This document shows, piece after piece, positions 57,328 through 64,000 of a stretch of 64,000 bases of DNA. The first letter of the stretch is position 1. Every line of letters starts with the position of its first letter. The position numbers were made by a program, and so were the translations under genes. The notes below the pieces were generated by a model. It saw nothing but the letters and a program-made list of their open reading frames with translations, was not told where the DNA came from and searched no databases. Source of the DNA: a virus; the IMG/VR virus record IMGVR_UViG_3300025828_000016, positions 1 through 64,000 of that record. The stretch is one strand, 5' to 3'.

Positions 57328-58863
57328 TTATTGCTGTTCAAACCAACTTATTCCACCTAACCCTGCAACTGCTGCGGTTGTACTAACAGCAAGTAATAAG
57401 TTGTTACCAACTCCAAAAGCAAAACTTAAACTTTTTAAATCCTTTGACACGCCTTGACCCGCTCCTGCTACAACTTCGTAAATGGGTGTAAGATTGGAAA
57501 TATTTACAATAGCATTACTTGCTGGATCTAAGGCAGCATAAGAAACAATGCTTTCCTGCTCGTCAATATATTGATAGTTTACCTCTCCAGTTACTTCAAC
57601 ATTTAAAAAGAGTGCTATTGTTACTGTTTTCGGTGTTGCACCACCAGATTCATTCGATGCTCTTATGTCCAATACATCAAACTCGCCAAAGCAACTTTGA
57701 TCTTTAAAAACTCTGTTTGTTTTAAAAAGAGCAAGCGGTTTATAAACTCCGCTAGTATCGACAGAAAAACTAAAAGATTTAGAAAATTTAGGATCTAGTG
57801 AATTAACTTCACCCTCAATAAAACCAGCCATAGAAGCAGTTTTTAATTTTTTACTTGTTGTGCCTCCAATATTGGCAGAGGTAGCCAAAATAGCAACATT
57901 TGGATTTTTTAGAACTGGTGTTGTCCTAGCGTTTGCGTTTTTTATTCTATGAAACTTTGCTGTATGTCCTGTTTCTGGGTCTTCTACAAAGAAATCAGCA
58001 TTACCGTATCCTAAATACTGGAAATCAATTTCATAAACATTTCCCTTTTGAGGGTCCAAAGTCATTCCACTTGGTCCTGTGCCGTCCATTTTATCAACAT
58101 TAAAAGAAGCAGAAGGAATGAAATCGTTAGACTGCGCTTCACCCTCTACCACTCTTGTGAAAGCTCCAACAATAGAACCACCAGAAGAAACAGAATAGGT
58201 GCTAGTAAGACCAGCGGCAGAACGAGCAGAAATAAAATAAACAGAACCAGACTGTGCGTCTGCTAACCAGCCACCTGTTCCAAGTTGCGAATAATCTGCT
58301 TTAGCAAGTTGATAAGCGGTTTGCTCTGGGGAGCCAGCGCCCACTACTGGAACGACTTGACTATAACCGTTTAGAGTAACTGTAACGTTTTCGGTTCCTG
58401 CTCCTGTTGTAATGTCTAGTCTTCTTATCTCACGAGAACCAGAGATAGAGTGTAGAATACCAAAATTAGTTCCAAAGTAACCAACAAAATAACCGCATTC
58501 TGCCGTTCCACCACCGATAAATTGAGCGTTTCCTGCGTCTGGTTCAGAGAAAAGAGCGGTTGCTTTTAAAGCAGAACCTTGTCCTGGTCTGTATTTTAGC
58601 CCTCTTCTTAGTTGAACTGTCGCAGAGCCAGAAGCAGAAGTTCCGCTGCTTAATTCACATTGACCATCTACTACGGCAATTGATGCGCCAGCAAAAGACG
58701 AAGAAATAAAATTTTGATTTCCTATGCCATAAACAAAATCGCCTTGAGCGATAGGGTTTTTTCTAGAAACCAAAACTTCACCAAAGGTTGAGTTTGGAGA
58801 AGCAATGTGAACGTTATCAGCGCCGAGCGTCTTTTTTGGTTTATTTAAATCAGTAAATCCCAT
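57328..58863 (-). CDS. Putative virion structural protein (beta-sandwich/lectin-like; start moved to ATG 58863)
   Basis: G/S/T-rich; LKYRPGQG and IDFQYLGYG motifs; TAATG coupling. Confidence 0.6.
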   Translation of the reverse strand: MGFTDLNKPKKTLGADNVHIASPNSTFGEVLVSRKNPIAQGDFVYGIGNQNFISSSFAGASIAVVDGQCELSSGTSASGSATVQLRRGLKYRPGQGSALKATALFSEPDAGNAQFIGGGTAECGYFVGYFGTNFGILHSISGSREIRRLDITTGAGTENVTVTLNGYSQVVPVVGAGSPEQTAYQLAKADYSQLGTGGWLADAQSGSVYFISARSAAGLTSTYSVSSGGSIVGAFTRVVEGEAQSNDFIPSASFNVDKMDGTGPSGMTLDPQKGNVYEIDFQYLGYGNADFFVEDPETGHTAKFHRIKNANARTTPVLKNPNVAILATSANIGGTTSKKLKTASMAGFIEGEVNSLDPKFSKSFSFSVDTSGVYKPLALFKTNRVFKDQSCFGEFDVLDIRASNESGGATPKTVTIALFLNVEVTGEVNYQYIDEQESIVSYAALDPASNAIVNISNLTPIYEVVAGAGQGVSKDLKSLSFAFGVGNNLLLAVSTTAAVAGLGGISWFEQQ

Positions 58864-59279
58864 TATCCTACCCCCACAGAACCAGACCAATTATTAGCAA
58901 GGTGACTTTGATCGATCCCTGTTAAACCAGCGATAACAGAAGCACTACACTCATTTGGGCTATCGCTCATAAGATAAACAGAAGTTACTTTAAACTCTGC
59001 TTCAAATGATTCTCCATTATTTAAAATAGCATAATTACTGTCTTCTATTCCCTGCACACCGTTTGCCGAAAAACCAAAACGAAGAGGAACATTAGGAGCA
59101 CTTCCTGCTAGTGTGTTCGTGATAATTACAAATCTTGTTACTGAATCAAAAGAAACTTCTTTTGGTGTATTCCCAGAAGCAGGAACATTTAGTGAAGAAG
59201 TTAGATAAGGTCGTGCTGAAACTTGATAAGAACCAACATTCCTTAGACCTGTTCCATAGCTGTAATTTGGATAAGACAT
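58863..59279 (-). CDS. Small beta-rich putative virion protein, paralog 2
   Basis: MSYPNYSYGTGLRNVGSYQVSARPY...NWSGSVGVG. Confidence 0.7.
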   Translation of the reverse strand: MSYPNYSYGTGLRNVGSYQVSARPYLTSSLNVPASGNTPKEVSFDSVTRFVIITNTLAGSAPNVPLRFGFSANGVQGIEDSNYAILNNGESFEAEFKVTSVYLMSDSPNECSASVIAGLTGIDQSHLANNWSGSVGVG

Positions 59280-60055
59280 TATTGATTAACTCCCATTAAA
59301 GCATCGTATGAATCTGTTCTAATATTATTTAGTTTCTCTAAATAATCGTTTCTTCGGAGGACTTTAAAAACTAGATTTTCAACCGAATAGATCCCACCGC
59401 TTTCCAAACCTGCTTTTCTATAACGCTTGATACGTTCCATAATAGCATCACCCGCTTGTTTTGCTTGTAGGAAATCTTTTTCAGCATACATATCGTAAGC
59501 ATCATCGATCTCGTCCATTATTCTGGCAGCTTTCTCTTTTACCATTTTATAATCGACGTTCATTCTACTGCTTGATGGTCTTTGCACCCAGCGATTGTTC
59601 ATAAGAGAATAAACCCCAGCAGAATGATGAGGTTCGTTTGTATCTTGAACATAGATTTCAACTTCAAAACCCTTGAAGAGAATTTTGTGAATTATATTCC
59701 ACAGTCTTGATTTCTGACTTAGATAATCTTTTAGAAGTTCTTTATCTTTTAACTGGTTAAAATCAATAAGAATATGAAGATCAAAGTCTGACATATCAGA
59801 CCAATTGTAAGACGCAAGAGAACCTGTGAGGGTAATATCTTTTATCTTTACATTGGGATCTAACTTGAGATCTTCGAAATATTCGTTGGCGATATTGAGG
59901 GCTGCCTGAAGAATCTCTGGATCAAGTTGTTGGTTCCTGGTCCAGAGATCTTCAGGCAGGGAGGTTTTCGAAATTAAGGTGGAGGTGTTAACTGACTCGG
60001 GTTCTATTAGTTCCTCAAGATAAGTTCTCCAAGTGTTCCAATTGTTTGAGTTCAT
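59279..60055 (-). CDS. Pol-beta-superfamily nucleotidyltransferase
   Basis: TLTGSLASYNWSDMSDFDLHIL (GS...DxD), third acidic residue in VEIYV, helical C-terminal domain. Confidence 0.82.
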   Translation of the reverse strand: MNSNNWNTWRTYLEELIEPESVNTSTLISKTSLPEDLWTRNQQLDPEILQAALNIANEYFEDLKLDPNVKIKDITLTGSLASYNWSDMSDFDLHILIDFNQLKDKELLKDYLSQKSRLWNIIHKILFKGFEVEIYVQDTNEPHHSAGVYSLMNNRWVQRPSSSRMNVDYKMVKEKAARIMDEIDDAYDMYAEKDFLQAKQAGDAIMERIKRYRKAGLESGGIYSVENLVFKVLRRNDYLEKLNNIRTDSYDALMGVNQ

Positions 60056-60058
60056 GCA

Positions 60059-60271
60059 TTAATTAGTTAGTCCTTCTAAGAATTTCTCATTTACATGTCC
60101 ACATTTAGAACACTTAAATAATTGAATTGGCACCATAGTTTCTTTGCCGGTTGGTGACATCAAAGCACTAATATTTTTTATAATGAATGCAGGAATAAAT
60201 GTCTCATTCTCGCATTCTTCACATTTTATATTATCTACATTGCTTAGGTCGATATTGATATTTTGGTTCAT
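60059..60271 (-). CDS. Zinc-ribbon protein
   Basis: CEEC...CSKCGH. Confidence 0.8.
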   Translation of the reverse strand: MNQNINIDLSNVDNIKCEECENETFIPAFIIKNISALMSPTGKETMVPIQLFKCSKCGHVNEKFLEGLTN

Positions 60272-60316
60272 AATAATAAAAATCTTTTAATTTTGTTTAT
60301 AAATTCTTTTCTTTTT

Positions 60317-60496
60317 TTATTTTTGAAATCGTTTAACCACCGCCTCAAAACGTTGAGACACCTCTGTTACGAGGGTTGTGTAGTTGTTTTTAAGGACAGT
60401 TACCTCGTCAAGAAGACGAGAATTTGTCACGCTAAGTTGTGATACTCGCTTTTCTAGCGCAGTAACTTGTTGTTCTAGTTCTTTATTAGTAGCCAT
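60317..60496 (-). CDS. 59-aa coiled-coil protein (not in the ORF track)
   Basis: AAGGAGG RBS, upstream TATAAT; MATNKELEQQVTALEKRVSQLSVTNSRLLDEVTVLKNNYTTLVTEVSQRFEAVVKRFQK. Confidence 0.8.
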   Translation of the reverse strand: MATNKELEQQVTALEKRVSQLSVTNSRLLDEVTVLKNNYTTLVTEVSQRFEAVVKRFQK

Positions 60497-60548
60497 AAAA
60501 ATAACCTCCTTTGGCTTTCCTATATTATAACTTAATTTTATTGGGATT

Positions 60549-60734
60549 TTAATCTAAAATGAGTTTTTCTAGTCTATCTTCAAGTTCTAGTTCCCAAAGT
60601 TGTAGATCTTCCAAGACTTCCTTGGGGACATCTACTCCGATAGATACAAGATACCTTGCCCTTCCTAAAGTTTCTCTAACCTCAGCAAGGTCTTTTCTTA
60701 ATCTAAACTCGTCTATGTATACTACATTATTCAT
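60549..60734 (-). CDS. Small hypothetical protein
   Basis: 61 aa, MNNVVYIDEFR. Confidence 0.65.
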   Translation of the reverse strand: MNNVVYIDEFRLRKDLAEVRETLGRARYLVSIGVDVPKEVLEDLQLWELELEDRLEKLILD

Positions 60735-60764
60735 TGTTTCTCACGGAAACTACATTAAGTCAGG

Positions 60765-61091
60765 TCAGGTTTCTTCGTCAATTGTATCTTCTTCTTGAGC
60801 GTCAGCCTGTTCACCTTTCATATAATTCATAACAGCACTCATATAATCTTGTGCTTTTGTGATTTTTGATTCTACCCACTCTGGAAGGTTTGTATCGTCA
60901 TCAACCATTTCATCAATCATCGTAGCAAGGTCAGCAATGCGGTTTAGTTGAGAGTCAGCCATAGCGCCTTCGCCATCTCCATCGCCATCATCCATTTGCT
61001 TTCTAGCACGGGCTGCGAGATATGTGCCGAGAACTTCGGACTGTATTTCTTCTTTGATAAGTTCTTTTAATCTTGCTTTTGTTATCTTCAT
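60765..61091 (-). CDS. Tagged acidic helical protein (candidate head-internal)
   Basis: MKITKARLKELIKEEIQ; EGAMADSQL...LPEWVESKITKAQDYM. Confidence 0.75.
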   Translation of the reverse strand: MKITKARLKELIKEEIQSEVLGTYLAARARKQMDDGDGDGEGAMADSQLNRIADLATMIDEMVDDDTNLPEWVESKITKAQDYMSAVMNYMKGEQADAQEEDTIDEET

Positions 61092-61125
61092 GTGTTATTA
61101 TCCTCTTGTAGAAAAAGAAGTTTCT

Positions 61126-61135
61126 ATAAATAGTT
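61126..61135 (-). promoter_or_regulatory. Putative late-promoter motif (AACTATTTAT)
   Basis: Identical 10-mer also at 45848-45857 and 63126-63135. Confidence 0.6.
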
Positions 61136-61140
61136 ATTCA

Positions 61141-61476
61141 ATGTTTAAAGGTATTTTAATATTTATTTTAGGTCAAACCTTCGCTTGGTTTAGCATTAAT
61201 TTGCAATTTATGAGCGAATGGTGGAAAGAAAGACCAGTATTCACAGCATTGGTGTTTTCTTTCCCAGTTGGTTTGATGTTTTTATATGGCACAAAATGGA
61301 TTGTTCAGGATGCTGGTTATTATTGGGCGTCAAGGATTATAGGGTTTTCTATATCCACAATAATCTATTCGATTCTAACTTGGTTCTTTCTTGGAGAATC
61401 TTTTTTAGAAACAAAAACTTTAATCTGTTTAGTGTTGTCAATTATCATAGTTTGTATACAAGTATTCTGGAGATAA
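61141..61476 (+). CDS. Four-TM small membrane protein (DMT/SMR-like; start moved to ATG 61141)
   Basis: Four hydrophobic helices, WFFLGE motif, 111 aa. Confidence 0.7.
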   Translation: MFKGILIFILGQTFAWFSINLQFMSEWWKERPVFTALVFSFPVGLMFLYGTKWIVQDAGYYWASRIIGFSISTIIYSILTWFFLGESFLETKTLICLVLSIIIVCIQVFWR

Positions 61477-61477
61477 T

Positions 61478-61696
61478 ATGGAAGTTTGGTTAATCAGAAG
61501 AGCAATGGGACCGCAGACATCTGTGGAGGGTGTATTTAAAAGTCATTCATCTGCTGTCAGGTGGTTTAATAAAAATGCGAAAGAACACGAACAATGGTTG
61601 CCGTCCAAAAGAGACAGCGCAAAAAAGATTGTTTCTTGGAAAAGCGAATATCATGGTGGTGAAATGCGTTTAGAAAAGTGGGAAGTCAAAAGGTAA
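61478..61696 (+). CDS. Small hypothetical protein
   Basis: GGAG RBS; VEGVFKSHSSA. Confidence 0.6.
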   Translation: MEVWLIRRAMGPQTSVEGVFKSHSSAVRWFNKNAKEHEQWLPSKRDSAKKIVSWKSEYHGGEMRLEKWEVKR

Positions 61697-61820
61697 TTTA
61701 AAAAAAATTTTTATCTACCATATATCCAACACCCCCTAATCATAGCACTTTCTCCCACTTATAGCAGAGCAGTCTATCGTTTAGGTCTTTTGGGCATTCC
61801 GTGCGTCTATTTAAGACGTA

Positions 61821-62066
61821 ATGTTGATAAACTCCAAAGGGCGGAAAAAGGGGGATCTCGCTCTAATAAAATACAAAGATGAACCACCTAAGTTTGTGAT
61901 CTTTCTTGGTCACTATTATGATCTATACAAAAAGAATTTTTTTCATTGGGCAGGGGAAGGTTCCATTGGACCGCCTGTGTTTCTAGAACAGTTGCCCAAT
62001 GGAGAATGGGTTGAAATGTCACGTCAATACAATAAGAAGTATCTTTCGATTGAGTGGTTTAGTTAG
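61821..62066 (+). CDS. Small beta-rich protein, paralog of 63682..63906
   Basis: GDLALIK...PVFLEQLPNGEWV...IEWFS. Confidence 0.65.
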   Translation: MLINSKGRKKGDLALIKYKDEPPKFVIFLGHYYDLYKKNFFHWAGEGSIGPPVFLEQLPNGEWVEMSRQYNKKYLSIEWFS

Positions 62067-62067
62067 A

Positions 62068-62829
62068 TTAACTTTTGATCTCTTCTCTAATCATTTGCTT
62101 TAAACGAGATTGGGTTAGTTTGTTTTCTTCAAATCTTCTTCTACCTCTTCTGCTTCTCTGTGGAAGATAGCTTTGTGCTTGTCTCGCTTGTCGTCTAGCA
62201 ATACCGGCTGGGCTATCGTGATAATCGTCTCTTTCATCCTCATAGTCATATCTACGACTTGGGCGACTTTTAGGACGCTCTTTTTCTGGTTCTTTTTTCT
62301 TTGTTTTAGCCACAAAGTAGGTATTATCAGGCATATTCTCAAGGTCTTCTTCAGTAACACTCATAAAAGCACTTTTTACTGCTGGATCTTCGATTAACTC
62401 TGCGCCGCTTTTAAGGTAGTCCAAAGCTCTCTCTGGAGATAAATTAAGTCCACCCTTTGTGCCGCCACCAGACCACCCTTCTGTACCCCAGCCGACGCCA
62501 CGATCTAAGCCAGTAAACGGATTAACGTCTCGAAACACAATCAGCACATTTACGCTGCCGTTGTTTTTACCAAGAATAAGACCCTCGCCGCCTTCCATAA
62601 CGTGATCTTCAAGATCTTTCATGCCGGGGTCTTCTTCTTTTGCCCTATCTCTTTCTGGTCCAGTAATCCAATAATTGGAAGGAAATTCATAAACGCCAGA
62701 GGGTAGATTATCAAAATCTAAACCTTCGCCTTCAGTTTCTTCAACCTCGGCTTCCATTTCTTCAGCTTCCATAATGCTTTGTAGTTCTTCTTTGATTAAC
62801 TGCTTGAGTTTTGATTTGGTGATTTTCAT
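62068..62829 (-). CDS. Acidic protein carrying the class A tag at both termini
   Basis: MKITKSKLKQLIKEEL ... KLTQSRLKQMIREEIKS-stop. Confidence 0.8.
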   Translation of the reverse strand: MKITKSKLKQLIKEELQSIMEAEEMEAEVEETEGEGLDFDNLPSGVYEFPSNYWITGPERDRAKEEDPGMKDLEDHVMEGGEGLILGKNNGSVNVLIVFRDVNPFTGLDRGVGWGTEGWSGGGTKGGLNLSPERALDYLKSGAELIEDPAVKSAFMSVTEEDLENMPDNTYFVAKTKKKEPEKERPKSRPSRRYDYEDERDDYHDSPAGIARRQARQAQSYLPQRSRRGRRRFEENKLTQSRLKQMIREEIKS

Positions 62830-62843
62830 TTTTGGTTCCTTTA

Positions 62844-63083
62844 TTAATCGTCTTCGAACTCACGTTGAGCCACTTTAACTATTTTTGCTAAAAACTTTGC
62901 TGATGTAGTGTATCCGTGTGTTGGGTTAAACTCTCCTGGGTCAACAACTTCTATGTTTGTATCATATCCATCATCAGATATGCTAACTTCTACAAATTGA
63001 CCTTCAGAAAACTCTTCTTCGTCATATTGTTCTTTTAGTGTTTCAACAATAAGTTGTTTAAGTTTGGATTTGGTAATTTTCAT
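62844..63083 (-). CDS. Small tagged acidic protein
   Basis: MKITKSKLKQLIVETLKE; GAGGAG RBS. Confidence 0.75.
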   Translation of the reverse strand: MKITKSKLKQLIVETLKEQYDEEEFSEGQFVEVSISDDGYDTNIEVVDPGEFNPTHGYTTSAKFLAKIVKVAQREFEDD

Positions 63084-63125
63084 TCAGGTGCTCCTCGTTA
63101 ACAGCAATATTATACCATTTTCGTA

Positions 63126-63135
63126 ATAAATAGTT
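63126..63135 (-). promoter_or_regulatory. Putative late-promoter motif (AACTATTTAT)
   Basis: Intergenic, upstream of two tagged genes. Confidence 0.6.
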
Positions 63136-63180
63136 AAGTTTGAATGAAAAATAACGAGCAAGAGAGATTTTTTGGAAGGT

Positions 63181-63561
63181 TTAGTGGTGGTTGTGGCGGT
63201 GATGGTGGCGGGGTCTTCTACGATTGTGTCTAACGTGGCGATGTCTATGTCTATGACGGTTATTAGTCCATCTCGTGGATTGTCTTCTTTGACCATTTAA
63301 CCACCGTCTATGTCGTCTCCAGCGTCTATGATGGTTTTGGGAATAACGATATCCATCCCAGTTTCTCCAAGAGCGAGCATAAGGTCGCCAACTATTAGCC
63401 CAATGTGGCGGCGGGGAAAAAACTTGTGTGGTGTAAAGTTGGGGCAAGCGTTGTGTATACACCACATCTTGTGGTTCTGCCATCCAACCATTTTGAACCC
63501 AGCAACCGTCAGTCGCCCACATGCTACCGTTTAGTAAAATAAATAAAATACATGCATTCAT
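63181..63561 (-). CDS. Possible secreted protein with an Arg/His-rich C-terminus
   Basis: AGGAGG RBS; hydrophobic N-terminus; HRHRHRHVRHNRRRPRHHHRHNHH. Confidence 0.6.
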   Translation of the reverse strand: MNACILFILLNGSMWATDGCWVQNGWMAEPQDVVYTQRLPQLYTTQVFSPPPHWANSWRPYARSWRNWDGYRYSQNHHRRWRRHRRWLNGQRRQSTRWTNNRHRHRHRHVRHNRRRPRHHHRHNHH

Positions 63562-63644
63562 AATGAATCCTCCTATGGGTTATATTGTTGCATATGTTGT
63601 GCCAACATTTTAGCAAAATTTTTTTCATATATGGCAACTTTCAC

Positions 63645-63673
63645 TTGACTTGTACCCAAAAATAAACTAGTAT
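63645..63673 (+). promoter_or_regulatory. Sigma70-like promoter TTGACT-N17-TAGTAT, 8 nt before ATG (possibly leaderless)
   Basis: Spacing read directly; no SD before 63682. Confidence 0.55.
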
Positions 63674-63681
63674 ATATAACA

Positions 63682-63906
63682 ATGGTTGAAGGCGCTTTAG
63701 CGATAATAAAAGTTGGCAAGAAAACTAGATTCAGTGTCTATAGGGGTAGATACTCTGAATTCTATGGTAAAAAAGATGCCTTATTTACAAAGAAATTTGC
63801 CGGGGAAGACCCGCTTGTGTTCTCGGAGCAACGAGAGGACGGGTCATGGGTAATAAGGCATTATTTTTTTAAAAGTAGCGATTTATACTTAGAGTGGTTA
63901 ACTTAG
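63682..63906 (+). CDS. Small beta-rich protein, paralog of 61821..62066
   Basis: GALAIIK...LVFSEQREDGSWV...LEWLT. Confidence 0.65.
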   Translation: MVEGALAIIKVGKKTRFSVYRGRYSEFYGKKDALFTKKFAGEDPLVFSEQREDGSWVIRHYFFKSSDLYLEWLT

Positions 63907-64000
63907 TTAGGGACTTCTTCCACAACCCCAGTAACCGTTAGGTCGCCCTTAAAAGGCTCGAAATTGTCTTCGGGAATTTTGTTAGAGTGGAAAGGTTTTC
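63903..64000 (-). CDS. 3' end of a gene entering from the right edge
   Basis: ...KPFHSNKIPEDNFEPFKGDLTVTGVVEEVPN-stop. Confidence 0.45.
   Translation of the reverse strand, partial: KPFHSNKIPEDNFEPFKGDLTVTGVVEEVPN

Noticed and set aside
61125-61132. Canonical T4 late promoter TATAAATA driving + strand genes (also 43026-43033)
   Set aside because: Possible at these two divergent gaps, but most copies of the motif have only minus-strand genes downstream, so the minus orientation explains the set better.
61697-61820. tRNA or ncRNA in the intergenic gap
   Set aside because: No cloverleaf or T-loop motif; only a 5-bp hairpin near 61804-61818.
1-64000. Stop-codon reassignment
   Set aside because: Genes are full length and tightly packed under the standard code, and TAA, TGA and TAG all end genes at sensible places.

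Overview
AT-rich, gene-dense 64 kb piece of a large tailed dsDNA phage genome (T4-like/jumbo myovirus type). It uses the standard code and nearly all genes are on the minus strand. Layout: (1) 1-22 kb is a baseplate/tail module. It holds a >2162-aa LamG-containing protein that the ORF track missed because it runs off the left edge, gp6-like and gp25-like wedge genes, a 2298-aa protein, and a 1306-aa alpha/beta-hydrolase + M15-peptidase tail enzyme. (2) A gp55-like sigma factor and small genes. (3) A 16-gene nucleotide-sugar/glycosylation cassette (23.8-39.5 kb). (4) A Cas4/AddB-like nuclease, zincin, PIN-PhoH, trypsin-like lipoprotein, Fis-like HTH, short PurA and a Cys-repeat/vWA lipoprotein of myxobacterial type. 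(5) 45-63 kb is an array of otherwise unrelated proteins that share two short terminal helical tags (MKITKxxLKxxIKEE and MKLLxENWRxFLxE), both ending in (L/I)-x-E. Several are built from small basic Cys-containing modules separated by L-x-E sites, and many lie downstream of one conserved CTA(T/A/C)TTA motif. My main hypothesis is that this array is a capsid-targeted, prohead-protease-processed cargo/effector system. All product calls come from motif reading by eye; no database searches were run. I saw no tRNA, rRNA, CRISPR array or IS element.
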